This document shows, piece after piece, positions 42,168 to 55,290 of a stretch of DNA of 64,000 nucleotides. The stretch comes from the human T2T-CHM13v2.0 reference genome, Homo sapiens. Location: the NCBI RefSeq assembly GCF_009914755.1, contig NC_060935.1. The stretch is one strand, 5' to 3'. The number at the start of each line of letters is the position of its first letter. Within the stretch, counting starts at the first letter, position 1. The notes under the pieces were generated by a model. It did no database searches, had not been told where the DNA came from, and was given only the letters and a program-made list of their open reading frames with translations. Both the position numbers and the translations under genes were made by a program.

Positions 42168-44929
42168 TTTCTTAGTCCATTTTGTGCTGCTATAACAGAA
42201 TGTATAATAGAATGGCACAGACTGGCTAGTTTATAGTGAACAGAAATTTATTGGCTTACAGTTCTGGAGGCTGAGAAGTCCAATATCAAGACGTCCATGG
42301 GTTTGGTATCTAATGAAGCCATTCTCTTCTCCCATGGTGATGCCTTGCATGCTGTGCTCTTTGGGGGAAGGAAGACTAGATGCTCACATGACGGAGGTAG
42401 AAGGGCCAAGAAAGTGAATCCACTTATGTAAGGCCTTTTTCTAATGGTATTAATTCATTCATGAGGGCTCTGCTCTCATAACTTACAGGCATAACTTGGA
42501 GATATTGCACATTCAATCCCAGACCACTGCAATAAAGCCAATATTACAATAAAGAGAGTTACACAAATTGTTACATTTCCCACTGCATATAAAAGTTATG
42601 TTTATACTATACTGTAGTATATTAAGTGTGAAATAAAATTATGTCTATGTCTAAAAACAATGTACATATATAATTAAAAATACTTTATTGCTGAAATGCT
42701 AATGATCATCTGAAGCTTCAGCAAGTCATAATCTTTTTGCTGGTGGAGAGTCTTGCCTGATGTTGATGTCTGCTGACTAATCAGGGTAGTGGTTGCTAAG
42801 GTTGGGGTTGCTGTGGCAATTTCTTAAAATAAGGCAACAGTAAAGTTTGCCACATCAATTGACTCTTCTTTTTATGAAAAATTTCTTGGTGGTATGCGGT
42901 GTTTGATAGCATTTTACCTATAGTAAAACTTCTTTCAAAATTGGAGTTAATCCTCTCAAATCCTGCCACTGCTTTATTAACTAAATTTATGCTATGTTCT
43001 AAATATTGTCTCTTCACTAGGAGTAGATTACATCTCAAGAAACTTCTTTCTTTGCTCATCCATAAGAAGCAACTCCTCATCCATTTAGTTTTGTCATGAG
43101 GTTGTAGCAATTCAGTCATGTCTTCAGGCTCCACATCTAATTCTAGTTTTCTTGCTATTTTTAACCACATCTGCAGTTACTTCCACCACTGAAGTTTTGA
43201 AACTCTCAAAGTCATCCATGAGGATTGGAATCAACTTCTTCCAAATTCCTGTTAATATTGATATTTTGACCACCTCCCATGAATCATGAATGTTCTTAAT
43301 GATATCTAGAATGGTAATTGCTTTCTAAAAGGATTTCAATTTATTATGCCCAAATCCATCAGAGGAATCACTATCTATGGCAGCTACAGCCTTACAAAAT
43401 GTATTTCTTAAATAATAAGACTTGAAAGTCAAAATTACTCCTTGATTCATGGGCTGCAGAATAGATGTTAGCAGTGTGAAAACATTAATCTCTTTCCACA
43501 TCTCCATCAGAGCTTTTGACAACCAGGTGTATCATCAATGAGCAATAATATTTTGAAAGGAATATTTTTTTTCTGAGTGGTAGGTCTTAGCAGTGAGCTT
43601 AAAATACTCAGTAAAACATGCTATAAACAGATGTGCTGTCATCTAGGCTTTGATGTTACATTTACAGAGAATAGGCAGAATATATTTTGCATAATTTTTA
43701 AAGGCCCTAGAACTTTTAGAATGGTAAATGAGCATTGGCTTCAACTTAAAGTCACCAGCTATATTAGTCCCTAACAAGAGAGTCAGCCTGCCCTTTGAAA
43801 CTTTGAAACCAGGCTTTGATTTCTCCTCTCTAGCTATGAAAGTCATAGATGGCATCTTCTTCAAATATAAGGCTGTTTTGTCTCCATTGAAGATCTGTTG
43901 TTAAGTGTAGCCACCTTCATCAATAATTTTAGCTAGATCTTCTGGATAACTTGCTGCACTTCTCCATCAGCACTTGCTGCTTCACCTTGAACTTGTATAT
44001 TATGGAGATGGCCTCTTTCCTTAAACCTCATGAACCAACCTCTGCTAGCTTCCAACTTTTCTCCTGTAGTTTCCTCACCTCTCTTAGCCTTAATAGAATG
44101 AGATTGTTAGGGACTTGCTGTAGATTAGGCTTTGGCTTAAGGGAATGTTGTGTCTGGTTTCATTTTCTATCCAGACCACTCAAACTTCCTCCATATCAGA
44201 ATAGGCTGTCTTGCTTTTTTGTCATTCATGTGTTCACTGAAGTAGCATTTTTAATTTCCTTTAAAAATTTTTCCTTTGCATTAACAACTTGCCTAACCGT
44301 TTGGCACAAGAGGCCTAGATTTTGGCCTATCTGGGCTTTTGACATGCTGTCCTCACTAAGCTTAATCATTTCTAGCTTTTGATTTAAAGTGAAAGATGTG
44401 TGACTCTTCCTTTCACTTGAACATTTAGAGGGCATTGTAGGGTTTGTAACTGGCCAGATTTTAATATTGTTGTATCTTGGGGAACAGGGAGCCCAGAGGA
44501 GAGGGAGAAAGATAGGGGAACAGCAGGTTGGTGAAGTAGTCAGAACACATACAAAACTTATTAGTTAAGTTTGCCATCTTATGGGGGTGCAATTTGTGAC
44601 CCCCCAAAACAACTACAATAGTAATATCAAAGATCACTGATCACAGATCACCACAGCAGATACAATAGTAATGAAAAATTGGAAATATTATGAGAAATTA
44701 CTAAAGTGTGACACAGAGACATAAAGTGAGCACATACTACTGGAAAATTGGCACTGATAGATTTGTTTGATGCGGGTTTGTCCCAAACCTTCAATTTGTA
44801 AAAAAAAGAAAATAAAAAAGCAGTATCTGCAAAGCACAATAGAGTGAAGTGCCCCAACTCCCAACACTGCCCCACTGGGGATTAGGTTTCAACCTATGAG
44901 CTTTGGAGGGGAAACACTGAGCCACAGCA
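42168..44929 (-). mobile_element. MLT1A/MST LTR split by Tigger1 (halves about 42168-42485 and 44853-44929)
   Basis: cttagtccattttgtgctgctataacagaa...cagttctggaggctgagaagtcc, resuming at ctcccaacactg...ggggattaggtttcaac...gccacagca. Confidence 0.8.
42486..44852 (-). mobile_element. Near-full-length Tigger1 DNA transposon with decayed transposase
   Basis: TA|caggcataacttggagatattgc TIR. ORF fragments [54 protein letters not shown] and [24 protein letters not shown] match the Tigger1/TIGD1 transposase. Confidence 0.95.
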
Positions 44930-46981
44930 ATCTCTATGTGCTAGGTTTTAAATCATATCTCTTCTATGGGACGCTTTGCTTCTTTCCAACATATTTAATA
45001 TATTTTGCTTTTTAATTCTCTCTAGTGGAAAGCAGCTCTTTGGATCTGAAGTCTGGATAGGAAATGGATCCTTCATTGCCACAAAGATGGATATCATAAA
45101 ACTTCTTATGGAGTACCATTAACTAGCCTGCTGGGTCAAAGTAGCTTCTGGTATTATTATTTCACTTTCTCTGAAATATCATGCAGGCTACATCATCTTG
45201 TGTAATTTTGACCACAACCCTGAGGATAGGTTTTTTTCCCATTTTACGGATGTAGAAGCTGAAGGTCAGAGAGGCCTTAGTAAGAGGCAAAACTGGGATT
45301 GGAATCCCAACCCTGAACTTTTGGATTTTCGAGACCTCACCAGGCTACCTTCAAATGTTATTGAGCAAACTCCAATTTAGAGGATTTGAGGAAGAAATAA
45401 AATCAGAGAAGATTGGATTATCATGGTTGTTGATGCAATGCTGTCATTTGCTCAAGGCTTTAGATTTCAGAGAAAATCATATTTGTGAAGCTATAAGAGA
45501 TTGTACAATTCTTTCTCCTATGTCATTTTCCCAAGGGTATAAAGACCCCTCCAACCTGGGTCCTCATAATGACTCAGAAAGGGAAATAGCTTGCCCAGTG
45601 TGCCCTTTGAGTATGATTTATGAAACAGGATGTATCCAAATTTTCACCACGTTGGAGCGATTCAATTTTCTCTAATGGCCTTTATCTGAGAGTTATGTCT
45701 ATTCGTGGCAGTCACAACCAGTAAGTCATTAGCTTAAAGTATGCTGATTGTTAATTTTAGCACCCTGGGCCCTGGGCCCAGTGGGAGAGGTCTCTCACTT
45801 TTGCAAATCGAAGCTAAGGAACATTTGAGCAGTTGGCAAACATTCACATTAGGAAAAGTTAGAAAGTAAGAAGGAATAATTTAAAAGTTAGAATAAGAAG
45901 CAGTAGAATTGTTGGAGCTGAGGAGGCAACAGGATAGCTTTTTTCTGGCTGCCTCCCAACTGCTAGGCGCTGTCCTCACCAGAAGAGAGGTGGAACCAGT
46001 CTTTAGATCAACACCTACTGTGTGCCAGGCACTTCACATATGTGAGCTCACTAATGTGCCTAGCATTCTTATTTTATCCTTATTATAGATCCCATTTTAT
46101 AGATCAAAAACATAATGCTCAAGGTCACACAGCTATTAATGGATGGAGCTCACATTTGAACCTGGGCAGTTGACTCCTGAATCTCTATTCTTAACCAACA
46201 GAGCTCTGGATGAAGGTGGCTAAAAGGGCCAACCAGGCCTCCCTTGGAGCTACATTTTGCCTAAGATCTTGAGATCTGGGCACCAGATTCTCACTTTTGA
46301 TCATTAAATAATTTTCAGCTCAGAGCTAGCTCCCAGAATGCCAGTAAGTGCAGCTTTCTTCTGTGGCTTAGGGCTGGGAGCTCCTCTGATGAGTAGCTGG
46401 TCAACCAGAGCCCCAGAGCCAGGAATGGCCCACCCTGAGACACAAGGTGAAGACAGCCATGGCTTTCCTGATTCCAGGAGCCTGAGCTTTCCTCTGAGAT
46501 GGCCACACAAGCTCCTTCGGGGGTGCTGCTTGGACAAGCTGGAGCTCTCTAGAGGATGTGTATTCATATAAACCAGGTGCTGGCACACATGGGCATCAGT
46601 GAGGACACCTTGACACTGGGCTCCTCTCTCTCTGACCTCTGGGGACTCATGGGCACTTCTGAGTTAACCTGCCTGTCCCATTCCAGAGCTGAGCTGAGTC
46701 TGAACAGGACTCATTAATTTCCCTGCCCACTCTTTATTTCCTCGTACTTGATAACCACAGCAAAGGAAAAAGTGCAAGCGTACTTGCGCTTTCCCAGTTT
46801 TACAGGTGGAGAACTAAGGCTCCATTGACTTCCTATGGTAAACCACTCTGAGGTGCTGGTGGGCCTGTTCACTCCAGCCAGGCAAAGCCTTATTTGGATT
46901 TCCCATGGTTGGAATGAGGAAGCCTGTGTGCATGTCCCAGGTGTAGCTTGGCTTGCTGTGTGACCTCAGTTGGTGTCTTAT

Positions 46982-47309
46982 TCTTTTTTTTGATTTCTTT
47001 CTTTCTTCTTTTTTTTTTTTTTTCTTTTAGAGGCAGGGTCTTGCTCAGGCTGAAGTGCAGTGGCATAATCATAGCTCACTGTAACCTTAAATTCCTGGGT
47101 TCAGGCAGTCCCCCCACCTCAGCCTCCCCTGTAGCTGGGACTACAGGAATGTACCACCATGCCCCATCTAATTTTTCTTTTTCTTTTTTTGTAGAGATGG
47201 GGTCTTGCTATGTAGCCCAGGCTGGCCTCAAACTCCTGGCTTCAGGTGACCCTCTTGCCTCGGTCTCTCAAAGTGCTGGGATTGCAGGTGTGAGCCACTG
47301 CACACAGCC
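46982..47309 (-). mobile_element. AluJ
   Basis: Antisense dimer with T-rich tail and J-type features. Confidence 0.9.
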
Positions 47310-49220
47310 TCTGTTCTTCTTTTGAACTTGTCTCTCCATTGTCCATGTTAACCCGTCTGTGCTTCTGGCTCCTCATCTGAAAAATGGAGATAACAATAGT
47401 GAACTACCTCATGGGGTTATTTTGAGGACTAAATGTAAAGCATTTAGAACAGTGCCTTATACACAGTAAACACCTAAGAAGTGTTTCTCCCTGTCTGCCT
47501 CCTCTTCCTCCTCCTCATTATTATTATTACTACAAGGGGGTAATCTCTAAGGCCCCCCTACTAGTTCTCATACTCTGAGAGTATAATGTGAGCTCCTCCA
47601 AGAAGGCTGCCTGGACATTGCCCAGGAGCTGTAGTCTTAGCCCTGTCAAGTTGATGGACATATTTGTGTAGATGAGATTCCTATTGCCTTCTAGGTGAGG
47701 CCTAAAAGGTAGATGTATCCAATTAATCAGGTGGAGGCTTGGGACCTTGTCTGAGCTTTGTTGAAACTATTTTGGCTCCAGAATTGAGGGGCGGAACAAA
47801 GGTCTGGGTGGGGCCCGCTCTACCTGATGCAAGTCGTTCTGGGCTATCCAGCCAGGGTCTCAGGTCCTGGAGAGGATTCAGCCCTGCTCTGTGAGTCCTG
47901 AGGTCTGTTCTGCCTACTTGTTGGGCTCTGACACCTGACAGCTGTGAGGGGCTATTGGGGCTTCCTCCAGGGAGCTAGAGCTGTCTATATTTCATGAGGC
48001 TCAGTTCATTCAGCAGGGCTGAGTGGCAGCTTGCTTGGTTTCTTGTGCCTCCCCTGGGAACGAGGGGTGTTAAAGTATCTGATTGCTGCAGGATGCCAGC
48101 CACCACAGCTAGCAATAGCTCCAATGACTATTGCCACCCTTGCACAGGTCACATAGAGGTCCAGAGTAGGGTGGGGAGGGATATATGTTGTGATTACCTC
48201 CTAGAGCTCTTTGCAGTCCTTCTTTCCACTCCTGGGTTCCTACCTCTCCACCCCTAGGGCTTTAGTGCTCTGACTGAAAGCTTGCACCTGCCTCTTAAAT
48301 TAATCCTTGTTGCTGGTCTTACTTTCTGGAGTTCATCCACTCCACTGGTTACCATGAGGACTGAAATTCCACTCTGATCATTTCACTCCCCTGCTCAAAC
48401 ACCTTTGATGGCTCCCTATCACCAACAGGACAGAGACTAAATAATCAGTTCCTTTCACAGTCAGGGCTATAGAAGCACCTTCCCTCCAGCCTCCTGAGAG
48501 AGATCTGGGTCCCTGAATACTTGCTCCATTTTCTGGTTTCCTCGCTATGGCTCACACTGCTCTTGGCACTGAATGCCCTTGTCCCATCTTCCCCTGGCAA
48601 AATCCCTCCCTCCATTTGAGGGCCAGCTCAGGTGTCACCTTCTCTAAGGTGAAGAAGTCTTCTGTATTTCCCTAGCTGAAAGTGACCACTCCTTTTTCTG
48701 CATTCCCGTGCTACTGAGATAGTTTCCTATAAACTCCACCACCAGGCCAGAGTGCTCCAGCCTTCTTGAAACACTTGCAGTTCCCTAATCTCACCATGCT
48801 CATGATTCTGTGTCAAATGCTCTTCCTTGTGCCCTGCACGCTCTTCCTTTTAGCCTCCTTTCCATCCTCTGCTTTTTCTACATTATTCTTTCAAGTTTCA
48901 GTGTTGCAGTGATGCCCTGAGAAACTTCCCATGACCCCTTCTCACCACCTTCCATTCTGATCTGGTACTGCTTAGAAGCTTGTTTGTCCCGCTTCAGGGG
49001 AGGGTGACATTCCCTTGGTTACCTGTCATTGCAGTTTTTGCACAGCAGTGTGACTGTCCACTGATCCGTCTGTCTGTCCTATGGGAGAACTTGATGAACA
49101 CAGAGCTGGGAGTGGAGAGGGAGGCTGCCTAGCTGGGTACGACCACGCAGTGAGGACTGCAAGAACTCAGGAGGGACATGCAGCTTTGTCTCAGTGGATA
49201 TTAGGATGCAGAGCACTTTC

Positions 49221-49325
49221 TTTTTTTTTTTGTTTTTTTGTATATATATTTTTATTATACTTTAAGTTCTAGCGTACATGTGCACAAAGGTTTGTTACAT
49301 ATGTATACATGTGCCATGTTGGTGT
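49221..49325 (-). mobile_element. Extremely 5'-truncated L1PA (about 105 bp) with 11-bp TSD
   Basis: ttattatactttaagttctag.gtacatgtgcacaa...tgccatgttggtgt; TSD agagcactttc (49210-49220) and agagcgctttc (49326-49336). Confidence 0.9.
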
Positions 49326-49479
49326 AGAGCGCTTTCAACACACAGTGCATATGGTATGCAAAGGCTCCTCCTTCCCACCGTGAGTATTCATCTTACTGAA
49401 TACTCATCACGGCATGCTGAAATAGTTACCATTGTCTCCAGTTTATCTGTGAGGAAGCTGAGCTTCCTTCCACAAGAAC

Positions 49480-50230
49480 CCATCCAGTCAGTGAGCAAGT
49501 GTCTATTGATATTATGCACAAGCCTATGTCAGGCACGGGGGGTATGGCAGTGAGTGGCACATTCCTCTAGTCCCTGCTCCCCACCTTCGGGGGAGAAAGA
49601 CATTAAGCTCTTATTAAGCCCCTAATGTTACAGTTAATTATTTAATTACAATTGTGATAAAGTCTATGGAGGAGAAATACCGAGGGGACTAGGGAATCTT
49701 ATAATGAAGGACATGACTGAATCCATGGGTCAGGGAAGCTGCCCTGAGGAAGTGGCATTTGTTCTGAGCTCTCACCAAGGAATAACTTGGTGAGAGGAGA
49801 CAGAGGAGAGGTTGTTGGGGTCAGAGGAAGGAGTACTATGAAGGTGTTTGGCAGGGGGAGGCGTGGCTTGCTGCAGGGATGAACAGCAGCTGGCGTGGCT
49901 GCAAGGCTGAAGGACAAGAAGGGTGGTCAGACAGGGACAAGATCCATGTGAGGCAAGTAGGCCATGGCAGGGTTTGGTCTTTGTCTTAGTAGCAACAGGA
50001 AGCCATTGAAGGATTTTAAACAGTGAGTTGATGTGATTAGATTTGTGCTTGAGATCACCCTGGTGGTTGTGTGGGGAACAATTTAGAGAGGGGCATGGCT
50101 GGAAAGGGGCAAGTGATGAAAGGAAGCCCTTGCAGAGGTCCAAGTGAGAGATGCCAATGCCTTTGACCAGGGAGGCAGTCATGAATGAAAAAAATATGAT
50201 GAGGGAAAGGGATGTATCCAGGATAAGTCT
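49480..50230 (-). mobile_element. L2 fragment
   Basis: gtcagggaag...gaggaagtggcattt...ggaagccattgaaggattttaaacag...gatcaccctgg. Confidence 0.75.
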
Positions 50231-50279
50231 CAGGCAAGACATCCAGATCTAGCCTCTGGGCTCTAAATCCTGTGCATTT

Positions 50280-50680
50280 TGCATAGACTGGGGAAGTCAA
50301 ATTGAAAAAAAGCCTACAATGTAGTCCCATTTTAAGGTGTAATCTGCATGCCAGGTACAGAGGAACTTGATTCTTCTGCAGGTACCACAAGGCCTCAGAA
50401 AGAAATCTCCTTTCAGTCTCAAGCTCCTAGTCCTGTGCACCTGATTGGTGAATCCTAGATCATGTGCTTCTGCTCTGTGTGCCTGATTGGTGGCACCTAA
50501 GTCATGTGTTTTACTCTTGCTGCAAAGGATTCTGGGAAACAAGTGCCTGGCTTTTTAAGTTTCTATGTTGGGAGGCAGGTTTCCACTTCACTAAGACTCT
50601 TAAGCAAAGGGATATTTCTCAAATGTAGGAAATGGGTTCATATGTTAGAGGCCAGAAAGAAAGATAAATGTTTACCCATG
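50280..50680 (-). mobile_element. Old MLT1 (L/M/N-like) LTR
   Basis: ctgattgg...tcatgtg...gctgcaaagga.tctgggaaa motifs. Confidence 0.5.
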
Positions 50681-53600
50681 GATTATCTTGGTGCTCACAA
50701 CAATCTTGTGAGGTTGTCTATTTTTGCCCCATTTTACTGATGGGAAACAGATATGGAAACACTGGAAAAGGCCTGATTTCTTCCCCAGTAAAGCAGTGCT
50801 CTCTAAGGGCCTTTTCAGCTCCAAATGTAGAGATTCATAATGATGGGCTGACAGGACAGCTCTGTTGCTTCCAGCTCTTGCACTTTCTGAAGTCTTTGAG
50901 AAAGAGCCATATCTGTCTGGTGCTGTCCAACTCCTCTTCAACTCCCAGCAGCCTCCTCCCTGTTCCTAGAGCTGCCGCCAAAGCTTAACTACTTTCCACA
51001 ATACTTACTGTCCCCTGTCCCTTCCATGTTGACAGCCCTAATATTGACAGCCCTAATGGGATTGCAGATTAAGCAATCCCAGACATGCTTGGAGCTGTAC
51101 CTGGATTGGCCCATTAGACAATGGCAGAAACCACCTTTGCTCCTGATTTTAATTGAATAATTTACTGTAAATAGCCTCCATTTCCTCCACAAACCCTGTG
51201 TCGTTAGCCAAATGGAGGTGAGCAAAGGCTGCTTCTAATGGGATGTGGGCGCAGAGATGAGCTGTCCAAACGGAGCTGTTGTCACAGCAAACATTGAATT
51301 AAATCAGAGACACTTAAGACTTCAAGTCTTTCTTGTAAACTAGTCACTTCTGGTGGGAGCTACATAGCCCAGAGCCCTGAAGAAACAAGGCTGCAGGATC
51401 CATGGTGGGATTTTCAGTGAATTAGGAAAGGCCCTGGGATAGGTGATGGAGGGATTTCTTCTTCCCTGCTCACTCCTACATGTGTCCTTTTCACCTCTCT
51501 TCCTGGGAAAAGCAGCAACTCTGCTCTGAGATGTATTTCTTAACTCTTCCTTCCAACAGGAAGGGTACTTCTTCTTGGAGACTGCTATATACCAAGCACA
51601 ATATCTGGGACTTTTGCAAGTAATCTCATTTAATCCTCATGATGCTCCTGGGAAGTAGGTATAATTGAGGAAACCACATTTTCCGTGGGTTGGCAATTTT
51701 CCCAAGGTTATGTACTTATCAGGTCAGGATCTGTACAAGTCAGGGTTTGAATTTATCAGATTCCAAAGTTCATGTTCTTTTTGCAACACCAGTGAGGACA
51801 CAGCACAGGACCAAGGGCTTGTCTTGAACTCAGTTTTGGTTTCCTAACATTCTGTGTAGCTTTGGAAGGGGTTTATTCTTCAAGTCTGCTCAACAGGATG
51901 AGTCTGACTTAGGGCTATGGGAGTCGGTGGGTGCAAGGGCTTCAGACTGAAGATGGAACTTTGCAGTAGGAGCTTCCCTGAGGATAGCATGCTTTAAACA
52001 GGTCTCTTTGCAGCTTTAACTGGGACTATGATCTCCCCTCCCCTGATCCCTTTAGGGCCTATCTCTGTCCATATGACTTTCACAAAACTGCCAATAAATG
52101 AGGAACAAAAGAGAAATGTCCCCATTGTCAAGCCACCCTTCCTCATTCCATATGACTGCAGTGTTTGCTTTTCTTCCTGAGGGCTGTGTCACTGAGGGCT
52201 GGCACTAGGTGAAGCTGGAAGATTTACAGTCAAGGAAGTGGGAGCAGTAGGCAGTGCTGGTGAGAGGGAAGAGTGCTGGGCTGTCTGAGAAGGGCCTCCT
52301 GGGGTTGGGTGTTGCCATTCGGGAATGGAGTCAGGGTGTCTGTTAGCAAAGGCTGAACACAGGCTCTTATCTTCATCTGCTCCAGCACCTCCCCTTCAAT
52401 CATCAAACCTGGATTCTAGTCCTCTGCCACCTACTAACCAGTGCTTCCCACTGAATTTAAGAGGTCTCATCTGTAACAGAGGATGATGATGGCATTAAAC
52501 GAACTAATACTATATGAAGCATTTAGAACAGTGCCTGGCACATAACACATGCTCAGTAAATATTAGCTGTAATTATTATTGTTACAGACACTTTCTAAAC
52601 ATCAGGTGGGCTAAACAAGTATTTCCTATCTCGCCTTCCAGATATTCTTCCTCATCCCTAGTGAAAATGAGCTGTGATTCCTCTGAGAGGTAATCTGATT
52701 CACAACCCAGACTCTTGACCATGCAGGTCTTTGGGTCAGGACTGTTCCTAATCCCACATTCAGCAAGATTTGGCTTTAGACATTAAGGAATCTTATCCTT
52801 TTGGGGCAAAGAGGCAGCCAATAATGACATAGTCTGTGAATAGGGCAGTGATGCATATGCAATCAGATGTCCTTAGGGTGCCTCCCCAGCCTCTGGGAAC
52901 ACAAGAGATCACATGAAGCAAGGTTTTGTGAGCTGGCAGCTCCCCCTGCATAACTGCTGGGAAGCTATGGGTCAAAAAGATGAATGATGGCACCTCACTG
53001 GGGTGCTTTAAAAAATCAAGATATATTAGGCTTATTGCAGTTTCCTCAGCTAACAGCCCAGAGGCTCCTGAAGGAAAAGAAGTCGATTGTTTTGCCTTGT
53101 TCCTGCTGTGTTCTAGCTGGCTTCTTGTGCTCACTGCTTCTTTCTGAAGGGTTCACAGGTCGGTGATCCAGAATAGGCTATTGAATGTACAGTCACAGAG
53201 CTGTATTTCCGGAATCTGCCTCTTAGAAATTCAGAACAATTTCTTGCATTCAGGCTTCTGCTTATGACAACTCTTTTTTTTTCTCTCTGGATCCCTCAGA
53301 GATGACTTGAATCAGAGTCAGAGTTTCCTCTAATACTCTATGGTATGTATGCTTCACCTCATCCTACAGTTTCCTCTTGGTTCAAACTTCAAATGGCCCT
53401 GGAATTTTCTTAGTATTTTCCTGTCTCCTCTCCTACCTTAGACTCTAATCCCCACTTCAATATTTTTACTTTGCCTCTTTTCTTCTCAATGATGAAGATG
53501 TTGAAGTAAAACAAAATCTACTTGCTCCCTGCCATCTAATCACATCTTAGTTTTACCCTGAGAAGTTGGTGTTTTCCTTTTTTGTACTTTAGTCAAACAT

Positions 53601-54609
53601 ATCAAAAGGGAGCAAACGCCTCATTTTATTGTTCCTAGTTTTTCTTTTGCGCCATCCCTTTCAGCCTACTGGCTCACCAGATTCCAAAAATATACCTTCT
53701 CAATAATGACAGTAATGATGGAAATAACGATGGTGATAACATGCTTGTTGAGCCTCTCGCTGTGCTAAGTGTGTGACCTGCTGTATCTCATTTTCTGCAT
53801 CTCCCTTAGCATAGCTGACCAGAGAGCTGAGCACATAGCAGACTCATAGGACATAACAATAATAACAGCTAACTATTTATTTAGCTCTTACGTTGGCCAT
53901 ATTCTTCCACGTTCCTAATCTCATGTCATCCTTATACTAGCTCTTTAAAATAGATATTATTATCCTCAGTTACAGATGAAGAGATGGGGCTCAACATCAA
54001 TGTGTTAAAAATTTATCCCTCTTATTCTTTCAACAGACGTGTAGAGTGCAGGCTATGTGCCTGGCCCTTGGCTCAGTTCCAGAAACACATGTGGTGTCTA
54101 CCCTCAAGAAGCTCACAGTCTAGTAAGCTCCACAGACCAAGAAACAGGCAACGGCAGCAAGTCTCTGGAATTATCTAGCACCCTAGTTTATTCTGGGCTC
54201 CTGCCTCCCCACACTTTTCAGACTGACCATTTTCTTCTTTCTTCCCAGCATTATGAGGAGTGCTTTGTGTTCACCCACATCACTATTAAAGTGCTCCTCC
54301 TCCATTCTTTTCTATAGGGCTCCCGTGTAATCATGGAGTAAGACTCTTCTGTTGATGTGCCCAGGCAAAGGTGACAGAATCTGCATATTCCTCAGGGAGG
54401 GCTTATTCATGGGCTTGGGGGAGTTGGCAGAGAGAGAGAAATGAAAAAGAGAGATTGTGTACAAAAAGGCCTCCAGGAGCACAGCAGGGACAAGGCGAGG
54501 GAGAAAAATACAAACAGGTGGGTAGCTGGTTTGGGTTTAAATGTGAGGCACAGGGAAGCCAGTTGCATCCTCAGTGCTGGGATTGGGAGTCCCTGGAACC
54601 TGGGTTACT

Positions 54610-55110
54610 CTTATTCATTAGGATGCTTTTGGCTGTGTAGAATAAAAACCCTCACTCAGACTGACTTAAACGACAAGAGCTTTTATTTTCTTAGATAATA
54701 GGAAGCCTAGAGCTGGGCCAGACTCCAGCATTAGTTGATTCAGTGGCTTAGTGATCAAGGACCCAGCATTTTTTTCTTGGTATGCTAACTTTGTTCTCCA
54801 GCTAGTGCTGCTCGTGATTGCAAGATGGTCTGTAGCAACAGTGAGGTGAATATGCTCCCTTGTTCGGGTCCAACAGGAGACATACTGCCTCATCTTGCAA
54901 CTCTCTGTTGGGAGAAAGAACGCTTTTCCTAGAAGCAATCCTGTCATGGCTCATTGGCCTAAATTGAGCCACATGCCTATTTCTGAACCAATCACTGGCA
55001 ATTTGGGTGCAATTACATCATCTGAAGTGGAATGGATTTGGGAAAGCAACCACTATGCCGATAACAGGGTCACATTTTCCAGGACACACTTAAGCATAAT
55101 CACAGTGAAT
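54610..55110 (-). mobile_element. MLT1K-like LTR
   Basis: ttaggatgcttttggctg...actcagactgacttaaac...ctcattggcctaaattgagccacatgcc...gaaccaatcactg. Confidence 0.7.
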
Positions 55111-55154
55111 AAGCGAGTTCTACAGTGGTAACAGCCAGGGAATTAGAATGTAGA

Positions 55155-55290
55155 ATTGCCAGTTTTAGCAAGTAATACAGGATGCCCAGTTAAATGTGAA
55201 TCTCAGATAAACCATAGATACTTTTTAGTACAAGTATGTCCTGTGCAATACGTATGGGCTGTGTGTCCCAATATTTGATACATACCAAAA
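55155..55290. mobile_element. MER53-like hAT MITE
   Basis: ttgccag.tttagcaa.taatacaggatgcccagttaaatgtgaatctcagataaac...ttagtacaagtatgtcc. Confidence 0.65.

Noticed and set aside
42796-44435. TIGD1-like gene
   Set aside because: Fragmented across frames with stops, so it is a decayed Tigger1 copy rather than a functional gene.
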